DNA of 64,000 nucleotides, taken from assembly GCF_009914755.1 (NCBI RefSeq), contig NC_060930.1. One strand, written 5' to 3'. Position numbers and translations under genes: made by a program. The stretch comes from the human T2T-CHM13v2.0 reference genome, Homo sapiens. Positions within the stretch are counted from its first letter, which is position 1. Every line of letters starts with the position of its first letter. Positions 1 through 15,252 of the stretch are shown piece after piece. The notes under the pieces were generated by a model. It was not told the DNA's origin. It saw only the letters and a program-made list of their open reading frames with translations, and made no database searches.

Positions 1-162
1 ATTTACACCCCTACCAACAGTGTATAAGCATTCCTTTTTCTCTACAAACTTGCTGGCATCTCTTATTTTTTGACCTTTTAATAATAGCCTTTTTGACTGG
101 TGTGAGATGGTATCTCATTATGGTTTTGATTTTCATTTTTCCAATAATCAGTGATGTTGAGC
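1..162 (-). mobile_element. L1 3'-region fragment
   Basis: gactggtgtgagatggtatctcattatggttttgattt, a typical antisense L1 ORF2 3' sequence. Confidence 0.85.
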
Positions 163-300
163 TTTTTTAAAAATTTTTTTGTAGAGATGGGGTCTTGCCC
201 TGTTGCCCCAGGCTGGTCTCAAACTCCTGGGCTCCAGCAACCTTCCTGCCACGGCCTCCCGAAGTGCTGGGATTATAGGTGTGAGCTACTGCACCTGGCC
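163..300 (-). mobile_element. Alu monomer (FLAM/AluJ left arm)
   Basis: gtagagatggggtcttgcc...gtgctgggattataggtgtgagc...cctggcc. Confidence 0.85.
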
Positions 301-1053
301 TCTGCCATTTCCTTTGTCTCTTTACCAACATTCAGCACAAGGATGTCCTTCATCAAATTATTAAGACTAAGGGTCAAGACAATTGCTAGAAATTAGCCTG
401 AGCTTAACCCAAGTTCGTCTTCTGCCCTATGCAGCACTACCATGTATCTTATTCATCCCCCTCATTAGCCTACCTACCTCATTCACACCCCATTTAGTGT
501 TTCCACAATGGCTGATGGAAGCCTAATGCAACCAATATCCCAGTAGGAAGTCATTAACTACCATCTCCCCTTTACAACTACTAAGAGAGAGCATACCAAA
601 ATAATGGTACACTCCCTGCCACCCCCATTCTATCCAGCACTCAACAGTGAGGATCCTGACACTCGGTCCCCTGGGTACAGAAAACAAACTCACACAGTGT
701 TGCCACTGGAAGGTCAGAGCCCTTCAAATCGTATTCCTACATAATCACCTGTTACTTCTTGGCAGGCCAGCCTTTTCTTGACTTCAATTCAGTTATTTGG
801 GCCCTAACTAAAGTGATCTTCCAAGACTGTTGTTTTGGCCTGAAATCCATTGGGTTTAATTGTTTTTAAGGGTGCTAAACACCATATTAAACAGTGTTGA
901 CTGATATCTCACTTATTTGAATAACGCCAGTTATCAATGGTTTCATCACGTGAATGGCACGGATCACTCTGCAGACTATGCAGCCTGATGCATAGGAAGG
1001 TTCCAAAAGAAATAGTCTCGAGATGGCTTTTGATTTTATTTAAGAGTATGGTG

Positions 1054-1435
<382 letters not shown>

Positions 1436-3239
1436 TTAGGAGGATCCCAGACATATTAGACCAATATCTAAGATTCAGCAAGCTTAAAGTTAAATATGTC
1501 TGTGTTAAGGAAATGGATGTCTAACCCCAAGTCATTTCCTTATTTTTTGAAATCCCCTCTGAATTGGGAATGGGCATTCTTATGGGGTAAAGAAAATCCT
1601 ATGAAATCTTTTTTGAGACAACAGTATCAATTGATAGCTAAGCAGCTGTCCCTCAGATAAGCATTTAAAATCATGGAAATATCCTGAAGGTCCAGGGGAG
1701 ATGATGAGACATGCTATGTATCATTGCTATTTATAAAGGATGTATAACTTACTTGGAAGTTACCAGTCTGTGTGGGATATGTGAGACCTGAGGAATGGTT
1801 CTTCCAATGGCAGTGAACTTCCATTGATCATGGACTTCCTGAGTAACCAGCTGTCTCAAGCCTGCTTCCTCACAGATCTTTCTCCAGGATGCTATCCCAG
1901 AATTCCAGTCATGAAGTCACCACTTTGGGATGTCATCTGCTACAAGTTTTTGAGCCAGCAGACCATTGAGCACCTGCCAGTTGCCAAACTATGGATGGCA
2001 TAGTGCATTTTACTCCCTGCTGTCCCTAGAAGCAGGCACAATGCATTTCCAAGGGCCTGCTCCAAGAACCCCTCTCTTTGTAGTGAATATGCCTAGTTTC
2101 CAAATCCTGATCCCTCCTAGTCTGACCGTATCTGCTACCTCTTGAGCCCAATCAATCAAACTCTGTGTGCCTGTGGATATATGTTCATGTGCACACATAT
2201 GTTCATGTGTGGATGCATGTAAACTCAGAGAATGATACAGCAGAAAATACCTTAACTAATTAGCCCGTATTTTTTAGATCTTCTTTGTCTTGTCCTAGGG
2301 GTCCTACAGAACCCCTTTAAGGGCAGAGTAGCTTTAGGAGGAGAAAATGAGGAAACTCAGAAGATTTCAGGGACCCCAAAGCCCCACAACAATTCAGCTT
2401 TCTGACCATCAGTTTTACATGTTGACTTTTACAGAAAGAATGTTTTTGAAGAAAGGGCACTCTCACTTTAAGCAACAAAAAGAAAACAACAATGGTTGAA
2501 AACCAGAGATTCTAGTCCAACTCCTTTGTTTTACAAGTAAGAAACTCATGAAGAAATGAAGATTGTCCCACAGTCACATAGCTATTTAGCTACAGTTGGA
2601 ACTAGAACTGAGGTTGATTGATTCCCCAACTGTACATTTTCTATTCACCACACAACAAGGAGAAAGGGAAAAAAAAACAATACTGGTGTGCTTGTTGCAT
2701 GCATTAGTGATTAGGATATGTCTCGATGACAACCTAGGATTTAAATGCCAAGTGAGAATGTGGGAGTGGAATTGTTCCATCCTATAATGAGTCCCAAGAA
2801 ATCTTGAGCAAATGAGAGAGTAAGAAAAGGACTGAAATCTTGAGCCAAAGGAAATTCTTTCTGGATGTGTTTGGTAACCTTCAGCCTACATTTTCACTAG
2901 TAAAGAGGCAGCATGAATCCTAAATGGTCCTTGTAAAAAGCTTCCAATCAGAAACATCAAGATGGCAAGTCACCTTATAAGCCAGTAGATTTCAGAGCTT
3001 CTTGTATATTTGATATTTGTTAAAAGTGTTCATAGAGTTGTGGCAAGGCTTCTGAACAGAATGCAAACTGCATCTGGTCAAGAAAACTCTAGTGAAGAAA
3101 GCTACTAAAGCCAATTGGGATGGTCTTACTGATCAGAATCTTTTGTTCATGCAGATATACATGGACCTACAGAATCATGCTGAAAAGGATTCTCCTAAGC
3201 TTTAAATCTGTATTTGGTTTGCAGTATGAATGACTAGGA

Positions 3240-3409
3240 GCAATACTCAATCATGGATGTGGATTAGAATCACCTGGGGGGCCTTAAAAAATACTGCTGC
3301 CCAGACTCAACTGAAAAGAATTAGGAATTTCCGCAGGTGAGAGTTGGACATCAGTATTTTTTTAATGTTCCAAATGATTTTAATATATGACCAAGGTCAA
3401 GGACCACTG
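3240..3409. mobile_element. MER5-type hAT-Charlie fossil
   Basis: attagaatcacctgggg...aaaaatactgctgccc...ggaccactg. Confidence 0.7.
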
Positions 3410-3951
3410 AGTCAGAGGGTTCTCAAAAGAACCCAAAAGATAAGGAAGGAAGAATGAGAGGGAAAGGAAGATTACTGGGTCCCGATCAACTAAAGTGATG
3501 CTCTGTCAGATCACTTTTTGTTGTTTGAAGAGCACCCTTTCTCAGCAAACATAAGTGGTGAGTGACCCACATCACCAACAGAACCGTGCTAGGAGCATGT
3601 GGCTGCCATGCTCCAACCCTCAAAGCCTCACTACTCCAGTGGGTCTTGCTCTCGGCGTGAAACAGTCTCCAGAATTCTGCCTGAAAGGTAACCACCCAGC
3701 TCTCACTCATGACCCCTGCTTCCACTTCTAGGAGCAGCTAATTTTACCCCCATCTCTCAGGAAGACTTGAACCTCTCACTGAAAAGACACCTATCTTTCA
3801 CCACCATGAGTATAAAAGAGAATGTTCTCATATGCCATTGTTTTTTATGAGTCCCCAATGGAATCCCTCTTGCTTCTTCTCACAGCCTCTGTCTCCAGGT
3901 AAAGAGAAAGGAGACTCTTCTGGTAATGGATATTTCTTCTCAACTGAATCC

Positions 3952-4244
3952 TTTTTTTTTTTTTTTTTTTTTTTTCATAAGAGACAGGGTCTCACTCTGT
4001 TGCCCGGGCTGGAGTGCAGTCACAGCTCACTGAAGCCTCTACGTCCTGGGCTCAAACAATCCTCCCACTCAGCCTCCTAAGTAGCTGGGACCTACAGGCA
4101 TATGACACCATACCTAAGTTGTTTGCTTTTTGTAGAGACAGGGTCTCACTATGTTGCCCTGGCTGTTCTCAAACCCTGGCCTCAAGGGATCCTCCCACCT
4201 TGGCCTCCCAAAGTGCTGGGATTGCAGGCATGAGCCACCAAGCC
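3952..4244 (-). mobile_element. AluJ
   Basis: PolyT followed by gagacagggtctcactctgttgcc...gggattgcaggcatgagccac. Confidence 0.9.
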
Positions 4245-6518
4245 CAATCTGAATCCCTTTATAACACTTGAATTTCCAGTAGCCAAAAGAAACTCCAAAG
4301 ACCTCTGCTAGCTTTGGTGAAAGCTCAAATGCTGCAGTCCCAACCCCCTTTAGGGGATGCTGCTCATCACCTGCCGACAATGTCCAAATCGCCTACCCTT
4401 TCAGCAAGCAAGCATTCCCTTCACTTAACTCCTCACAGAGCCCAGCACGTTACAAAAATATGGCAGCCTGGCAGCCTGACTTGGTTGAGAGTGCAATTGC
4501 TCAGCCTCCTGGACTGCTTGTGTTCCACAGCCCTGACAGCTGTGAATCTGCCCCTGGGAGGGAGGCCAAAGTTCTGAGGGAGGGAAATTGGAAGTGGATT
4601 TATCCTCCTATGAATATCATCACACCCTCAATACCTGTGCGGTTTTGTTTGTTTGTTTGTTTGTTTTTCATTAGCAGGAGCTAACAGAAGGCATATTCTG
4701 TGGAGTGTCGGGGAGTGGGGTAGGGGGTGGTAAGGAGCTCCTCTGAGGCAGGTGGGGCAATGAGATGATAATAATTCCAGGAGTCAGAAATTATGAAGTC
4801 TGCTCCCAGCTTCATCAGTCATGTGCGTGGGACCAAGGGCAAGTGTCCATTTCCGCATTTCCAAAGCAAAATGGTCTCTAAGGAAAGCACAGTGGGGATG
4901 GCATGGCCTTGCCATGCCTGCAGCTGGGGAAATCTCAATAGAAAAACAACTGGGGCACAGCAGAAATTATCTGAGGAGTCAGAAGGCAATATAAGGAAAA
5001 GTTAAAAGTACTATCTTCAGTGCTTTAAGAAATGAACAAAGGAATAATTATATTAAGGGAATAGTGTATGAAATTCTTTTCCACAAGAACTGAGGCTACT
5101 GAATTTCAGGAAGAAACACAATTCTTAATATTTGGATCAGGCATTGCACATGTAAGAATTGAATGTTCCCATTTCCTGAACATGCAGAGCCTTTGTTCTC
5201 CATATGCTACCTCTATGCTCCCTGCACGGGCTTCTCGTCAGAATTATACAGAATGCCCAAATCTTGGAGAACTGGGATGATTTTGCATCTAACAACTTGG
5301 CTTCCAATTTGGATCCCCTAGGAAATGAAATTCCAAGGGGAGATTTAGTCTAAATGAAGCCCCCACAGGAAAAGCTTGCAGGGATGCCAGCTCTAGCTTT
5401 TCCAAGCTCCCGCAGTAATGCTGAGAACGACAGGCAACCAACCATCAAGAAGAGACAAAGAGCCAAATGTGTTTCGCAGATCTAATCACACTGTGAGCCT
5501 GCCGGTGAATGTCTAAAGATGTCCCTGTCAGCACAGGCTGCTCCATCATGGACCCAAGGAAGCCCCATCACTTGGGATCTAAAACTGGCCAAACAGTAGG
5601 CTGACACATCTCCTTAGTGGCCTCATTGTTCAGACAGGGAAGCCCACAGTGTGTCCTCATTCTGAAGGTCTTTTCCTTTGCGGGTATCTAAGGATCCGCA
5701 GGCTGGGAGCTTCCTGGGATGAACAGAAGGACTGGGTCTGTGCATGTTCACACATCTCATTTCATTCACTCACACTTCAAAAGGCTTCAGCTTATGTTAA
5801 AATTTTAGCTCTTTCTTATTCTCAAATCTGTTTTTGAAGCTGCCACAAGTATGCCTGAGTTCCAGGTATAATATATAGCTCTTCACTGCCTCCCACTTCC
5901 AAGCCTTGCTACCAAGTATGCCACTCACATTTTCCCCTTTCAACACAAACCTGATGCTTTTCATGCTTTCCTCTGCAAATGATGGATGGTAGCTGAGCTA
6001 AATATGGAGACAGGGGTTACAGACACGTTTTGTTCCTGTTAAATGTTCTACTTCTTGTGTTATTGCTTTCTCTGCTTCACATTAACTCACTTCCTTCCTG
6101 GTTTCTAAAATGTAGGTGTCTATGATTGGAACCTTGGAGGCTGAGAGAGCGACTTCATATTCTAGATCTATCTTTAGGTCTAAAGAATGCCTCCATTTAC
6201 CTGTAATTTCCCGTTAGAAGGGAGTCAATCACCTGTCACTTTTGTGGTCTGAGACGAACAAGCTGCCTGAAATTTGGGATACCTGTTGTTTTGTCTTCAA
6301 CCAATGAAATGAAGAGTAATTATGAAAGTGGCATTTCCGGAAGATTACTGTTCCAAGTTTTCCCATAACTTTTAACAAGCTAAACTTGGGGTCTTGTGAA
6401 AATTCATGAATGCTGACAAAAAAGTAGAGGGCTCAGGCTTTGGACATGATCACAACGAACTTAGTCTCCTGTTTCTACCTCTCACAAGCTTGTGACCTTG
6501 GGCAAGCTGTTTATACTT

Positions 6519-6927
6519 TGCTATAGCTGGCATGTTGTCATCCTAACCTCCTGTGGAAATTTGATCCCCAGTGTTGGAGGTGGGACCTAATGGGAGGTGT
6601 TTGGGTCATGGGGGCAGATCCCTCATGAATGGATTAATGCCTTCCTGGAGGCGGGGTGAGTGAATTCTCACTATTGATTCCCAGGAGAGCTGGTGGTTAA
6701 AAAGAGCTTGGTGCCCTCCACCCCTGCTTCCTCTCTCATTGTGTAATGACTGCACAACTGGGCTCCCCTTAGCCTTATACCATGAGTGGAAGCAGCCTGA
6801 AGCTCTCACCAGAAGCAGATGTTGGAGCATGCTTCTTGCACAGCCTGCATCATCGGGAGCTAGATAAACCTCTTTTCTTTGTAAATTACCCAGCCTCAGG
6901 TACTCCTTTTTAGCAACACGAAGACAC
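6519..6927 (+). mobile_element. MaLR solo LTR (MSTB-like)
   Basis: gatccccagtgttggaggtgggacctaatgggaggtgtttgggtcatggg...aattacccagcctcaggta. Confidence 0.85.
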
Positions 6928-7402
6928 AGTTGGAGATCCTCAGTTTCCCAGTCAAGGTGCCCACATTGCAATTAGGTGTCATATCTCTTTAGTATCCTTT
7001 AATAGAGAACGATTCCCATGTATTTTTTAAAATTTTGTTTATTGTTGTCTCTCTTGATGTTGACATTCAGAACAGTTATTTTGGAGACTATCTCACATTT
7101 TGAAGTTGTCCTGTTTTTTCCTCATGATTATATTCAGGTTTTCAAAGTGTGGCAAGAATATTACAAAGTTGATGTATGTCTCATTGCATCTCATCGAGTG
7201 GCACATAATGCCAATTTGTCCCCTCAGGAGTGATACCAGGTTTGATTACTTGTTTAAGGTGGTTTCTGCCAGATCTCTCCATTCAAAAGGAACTTCTTTT
7301 CTTTGTAATTAATAAATAATATTCAGTGGGGTAAAATTTTGAAACTTAATGAATATTCAGCTCCTCAAAAACCTTTCAACCAATAGATTTGGAATCTCTT
7401 AG

Positions 7403-7757
<355 letters not shown>

Positions 7758-8387
7758 ACAAAGTGATGATTTTTGAAGTCTATCATTTTTTGTTTCTTCT
7801 ATACATATTAATTGGCTTTACTTGGTTTTTAAAAAAGCCAACAAACAAAATAAAACTTTTCCTTTCTTTCTCTCTCTCTTTCCTGGTGATATTTTTTAAA
7901 TCAATGTGCCATTGCCGTGATTATTTTTATTGATGTTTGAATTGCCATAAATGTGGTCAAAGGGGCTTCTGTGAAATTTCAGCTTTATTTTGTTTTGAGT
8001 GACTGATTTAGTGTTTACAATATACATAGCTATCTTATCACAGTCTACTTTCAAATAACATTATACTGATTTACAAATTGTTCGTGACCATTATAATAGC
8101 ACGTATCCATATCTCCCCTCCAGCCCTGTGTGCTATTGTTGTCATGTAATTTTACTTCTATATACTTTTATAAATACAATAATAATTATTTTTGCTTTAA
8201 AGTCAACTATTTTGAAAGAAATTAAAATGAGAAAATTTTTCTTATATTTACTCATATTTTTCGTTTTCTAGTACACTTCATTTCTTTTTGTGGATCTAAA
8301 TGTCTACCTGGTATTTTGCATTTACTTGAAGAACTTTAACGTTGTTCTAACACGGGTCTGCTGGTAATGAATTCTCTGTCTCCCTCT

Positions 8388-8670
8388 CTTTTTTTTTTTT
8401 TTTTTTTGATACAGGGTCTCACTCTGTCTCCCAGGCTGGATTTTGATGTGATCTTGGCTCACTGCAGCCTTGACCTCCTGAGCTCAAGCAATCCTTCTAC
8501 CTCAGCCTCCTGAGTAGCTGGGACTACAGGCACACACCACCATGCCCTGCTAATATTTGTAGAGGCAAGGTTTCTCCATGTTGCGCAGACTGGCCTTGAA
8601 CTCCTGAGCTCAATCCTGCCTTGGCCTCCCAAAGTGCTGGGATTACAGGTGTGTCACCGCAACTGGTCTG
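8388..8670 (-). mobile_element. AluJ
   Basis: Antisense Alu with J-type gcagccttgacctcctgagctcaagc. Confidence 0.9.
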
Positions 8671-11137
8671 GGTTTTCATTTTTAAAAGCAATTTTGTCAC
8701 GCTTCATTTTTAGAAGACATTTTTGCTGGTTATAGAATTTTAGATCCATATTTTTTCTTTCAGTACTTAAAAAATGTCACTGTTTTTGGCTTGCACAATT
8801 TCTCACAATAAGTCCACTGCCATTCTTACATTTGTTTCTCTGTTAATAATATGTTTTACTTTTTAGTTGCTTTAAACATCTTTTTTCTTTAGCATTAGTT
8901 TCAATAATGGGAATGTACTATGCTTTAGTGTGGCTTTATTTAGATTTATTTTGTTTGGGTTCTTTGAACGTCTCACATCTGTGGGTTTATAGGTAAATTT
9001 GTTTGTTTGAATCAAATTTGGAAGATTTTTTTGCCATTATTTCCTCATATTTTTTTCTAGCTTCTTCTTTCCCTTCTTGTAATAGAAGTAATTGCATGTA
9101 TATTATACTGCTTGCCACTGTCAAATAGCTCATGGAACTTTATTGTTATTTTTGTATTTGTTTTGTTGGATTTTGCTGTTGCTGTTGTCCTTAGTTTTCT
9201 TCTTTTCCTCTTCTCCTGGTCCTCTTCTCTTCTGTCATTTTCTTCTCCTTCTTTAGTCATTTTTCTCTGTGATTCATGGGTTAGTTTCTACTTCTATGTC
9301 TTCATATAACCTTTGAGTCTACAGTGCCTAGTCTGCTGTTAATAGCATCTAGTGCACTTTTTATTTCAGATATTGTATTTTTCATCTTTAATATTTCTGT
9401 TTGGGTCTTTTTGTATCTTCCGTTTCTCTCCTTATTATATTCATGTTTTCCTTTGTCTTCTGGTGCATACCAAGCATATTTATAGTAGTGTTTTTAATGT
9501 CTTTGTCTGCCAATTTCATCATCTCAGTCATTTTGGGGTGAATTTCTATAGATTGATTTTTCTCCTAGACATGGGCTATATTGTACTACTTCTTTGCATG
9601 ACTAGCTATTTTTGGTTTAATGTTGGACACTGAGGTTTGAGCTTTTCAGTGCTGTATTTTGTTGTATTTCTTTGAATATTATTGGAACTTGTTCTTCCTT
9701 GCAGTTAAGTTACTTGGAATCAGTTGTTTTCATGTTACTTGGAAAACATTTTGTTGGGGTGGGTTAAGAGCAGTATTTAATGTAGGGATAATTTATCCCC
9801 ACTGCCAAAATAATATCCTTTTGAGAACTATACCCAACATCCCATGTGTTATGAGGTCTTCCCACTTTGGCTGGTGGAAACACAAACTATTCCCAGCCCT
9901 CTGTGAGTTTTAGGAATTCTTCAGGCTACTGCTTTCCAGTAATTCTTTCCTTGGTCTTGGACATTTTCTCCTCTAGTACGCACAGAGCAGCACTCTGCTA
10001 AAGCCTGTAGACAATCCTCTGCAAATCTCTAGGGCTCTCTCTGTGCAACTCCCTTCTCTCTAGTATATGGCCCTGCAAACTCTGGCTGCCTTGGCCTCCC
10101 CAATTTCTAATCTATTTGTCTTTAACTTAATGAGATTCCCAGACTCTGTTGGGTTCCCCCTCCCCTGTACTGCAGCCTGGAAACTTCCTTAAAGCAGTAA
10201 TCTGGGTCAATTATAGGACTGACTTCATTTGTTTCCTTTTCTCTGGAATGATAATCCTTTGATGTCTATTGTCCAATGTCTAACATTATTGTATCACACT
10301 TTCTGCTCAGTGTTCTAGTTGTTTAAGGCAGGGGGATCAGTTAGGTGCCTGTTACTCTATCATTGATGAAAGGAAAAGTTCTCCTATGTCTTTTGTCAAG
10401 TCCCCATCAGTGTTTGATTACCTTTGCACTTTCTGACACAACTGGATATTCTAGGTTAAAATTATTATTTCGCTAGTCCCATACCCAGAATCAGCCGTTT
10501 CTCCAAGGAGCTCTTGTTCCTTTAGTGGGAAATAGCATTTGGAAAACAAGATATGGGTACTAGATGTGCTCATTTACACTGTGGCACCATTTAATCAGTG
10601 TGCTTTTATTGGATAGATTTAGTAAGTATAATTTCTGAAATCATTGCTCTATACTGATATCTTGAATTAAAATTTAACAGCATTCTCTTCACCTTCTTCA
10701 GACCATATTTATATCCCTCTTTTGCTACAACAAGAACCATGGTTCTCAAAACATCACTATATTTATTTATTTACTAAGTACATATGATATAATTTCAGAA
10801 TTATAACATCAATACCATTACCACAACAAACCTACTAGGTAAAGTTTAGGATTCTTTTCCAATTATTATTGTCTTCAATATATTTCCCACAAAGTATGAA
10901 TAGTCAGAGTACTGTGTTCAAAAGTTATTTGGATTTTTTTCTAGGTGATTTTGTTATAAATTTGATAATACAGTTAAGTTTATTTCTTGTTTTTATTTAA
11001 TTTTAGAGCTTGCTTTTATCTCACCATTTTAGTTCAATTTTATTTCTTGAAAATGAGTAACCTTTACTTGATACAAAAATCATAGCCATCAGAGAACCCC
11101 TCTCCTATCCCAAACTCCTCTCCTGCATTCTGTGCAC

Positions 11138-11213
11138 CTGTAGAGCAAACCATTGACATTACTCATTTATTTTCTCTGTAGAGTAAACCATCTACATTAC
11201 TGATATATTTTCT
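11138..11213. repeat. Tandem duplication, 2 x 38 bp
   Basis: ctgtagagcaaaccattgacattactcatttattttct / ctgtagagtaaaccatctacattactgatatattttct. Confidence 0.85.
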
Positions 11214-12414
11214 CTGTGTGTTCTTTTAAATGAGCAAATTTGCATTTAGGAGTGTGTGTTTATGTATTTGTATTCTTATTCCTTATTTTTCCATATACAA
11301 AATATAACACATTATATATGCTACTTTTTTGTTTTGTTTTTTGCACATAACAATGGAAATGTACATATAAGATGTCTCTTATGCATCCAATTATAGATAT
11401 CAAATAGGTAAACTGAGCATAGAAATATGGAGTTCAAGGGAAAGATGAGAGCCTTGAGATTTCTTCCTGGCAAGTTTCTCTACTAATTATTGAATAAGAC
11501 TTCCTTATATTTTTACCCTGCCAATTATCAAAGCCTGCTTCACTTTGGTTTTGTTCAAGTTAACTCCTCTTGAAATTTTTTGTACACTACTTGAAAATAA
11601 TAACCAAAAGTCTCTAAAGCACATTTTGAAAAGACAGACTTCTCTTTATACTGACGAGTTAGAATTCCATTATTCTCAATTCAATTGACCCCATTTTTAA
11701 AAACTCAATTCTCTTTATGTATGACCTTTGAGAACTTTCCGAGTTAACCACAGCTTGCTTAATTTGAGGAGGCCTATAAATGAAATTGTTTCAATTTGGT
11801 TTCAACTTCCTTATTTCTTCTAAACATTTCTCTAAAGATCTGGAACATTTTGAATTCTATATTTGCTCCATAAGCAGATTTCCACAAGAGCCAACCTGAA
11901 ATTGTAGGAAAAGGAGGGTTTCTGTTGTTTCGTCAAATGAAATGATTTCAGTGTAAAATAGACATAAAAAGCAAACAAACAATAACTGTATTTACTGAAG
12001 AACTGACATTGAAAACCTGTTACTCGCATTACACAATAAGAGTAACTGATGTTAGTATATTGCACTGTTTTAGAGCAATTCATTGTCGTGGCCTTTCTAT
12101 TCTTTCAACAGTGTAATACTACTAAGTAGAAAACCTAGATGAGGGGCTGAACAATTGCACATCTGAATAAATCAGAGCTCTTGCCTTCAAAGGGCTTTCT
12201 TACAGTTGAGGAGACAACTATATTCACAAGTATTGTTAAACTAAGAGGTATTGTATATCATCATGAAAAGAGCCTTAAATAAGAGGCAATGAGAGTTTAG
12301 TAACAGGTGCATTAATTCTGATGGAGGGATTTGATAAAATTCATACAGGACATAAGACTGAATCTGACCCTTTGAAGGCTGAGCAGGACTTTGACAGCAA
12401 CAAGTGACAATTGG

Positions 12415-12489
12415 TTTTTTGTTTTTTTTTGTTTTGTTTTGTTTTTATTATTATTATACTTAAAGTTTTAGGGTACATGTGCACAACGT
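12415..12489 (-). mobile_element. Extremely 5'-truncated L1PA 3' end
   Basis: T-tail followed by ttattatacttaaagttttagggtacatgtgcacaacgt, the L1PA terminal sequence. Confidence 0.85.
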
Positions 12490-12585
12490 CTGTTGTAACA
12501 CATGACACAGCAAATGATAGAAACTTTAACTGAGCCAGTTGCAGTGGGAGTGGAGAGGACAGGAAGGTCAAATGTCCAAAAATAG

Positions 12586-12946
<361 letters not shown>

Positions 12947-13895
12947 TAATAACCTAAACCTTGGAGATGCTGAGAAAACAAAGTGAGTTTTGGGGGGATT
13001 TATTCTACCTTTCTTACAGAGTTTTCATGAATATCAACAAAAGTGAATGTGAAAAATAGTTTGTTTATTGTGTGGTGTTCCTGTTATTTCTATTAACAAA
13101 GGGAACAATAATAATATAGTTATTTAAAGGTGTTATTTTTTCCTTTGTGAAAACCTGGAAGTAAAATTGAAACCAAAGGCCGTAGTGAGTTTTGCTGTAG
13201 AAAATAATTCTACCACCAGTTTCAGAGTAAACTGTAGCTCCTGGGATTGAATACATTGGGTTCTACGACTGTACAAAAAGGTCCTCTGAACTCATATTTT
13301 AGCAGGAGAACTAGTTTTATTTCCCAGTGAGAAAGGAAACCATTGCAACACAAATAGTTCATTTTTCCCAGGGGTACAGAGTGGGTTCTGGTAATTCGGG
13401 GTTTTCAGGAATCTTTATTTTCCTCCTGTTCCTCAAAAAGACATGTGAAGACAAGTCATGGCCCAGAGTCCAATTCTATGACCAGTTTCATCTCTTCCAC
13501 CCTGCACAGGCTGCACAACCTCCGAGGGACACATTCAGGCATACATTTCCCAAATAACATATTATCATCACCAGTATCATCTGCAAAGCATTTTGATAAA
13601 TACCTGGTTTTACATGACTGCCCTTGTCAGGGCCTGCTGGTGTAGATAACCACGGACATAGACCTTACTAATTCAGCTCAATGGCTCAGGGCAATATAGG
13701 TTTCTGATAAGCAGGGAAAGCAATAATACCTAATATTTATCAAATGCATATTACATATCCAGACTCTCCTATAGCAGAGTCTCATTTTGTCTTATTTAAT
13801 TTCGGCTTCAAACCACCATTTGAGTAAAGCCTTATTCTTAACCTTATTTTACTGATGAGAAAACTGAAGAAAAGAGTGATTAAATTTCTCATCCA

Positions 13896-14195
<300 letters not shown>

Positions 14196-14642
14196 GTATC
14201 TCATCCAAATTACAGTACTGTGTGGTGGGGCCAGGGATTTTCACCCCAGCAGTGTAGCTTCAGAGTTTATATTTTTAACCACTGAAGTTAATTGCTGCCA
14301 ACAACGTATTTCATGAATTAAGAATAGGAAGGACTTATAGCTGGTTGGAATCTAAGAAAAGAAACAGAGAATTCCATGTCTGGATATGGGTTAAAGAGAT
14401 CCTGGCAGCCTCTCAAAGGAGAGAGGAGAGAGCAAAAAAGCCAGGCTTGGGTTTGAATGAAAGCTTTGCCACTTATTAAGATTGTGACTTTTGGGGGATA
14501 CTTAGCCTCTGCATATCTCTGTTTCTTTATCTATAAAATGAGGATGAATGTAGCACATACAGCAAACAACTGAAGTGAGATTTATAGAACTAATACAAGT
14601 GAAGAGTCTATTAGTAGTAATTGGCACATAGACTATGTTTAA

Positions 14643-15252
<610 letters not shown>

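Noticed and set aside
9057-9913. Hydrophobic ORFs resembling membrane proteins
   Set aside because: T-rich antisense L1 remnant producing F/L/I-rich translations.
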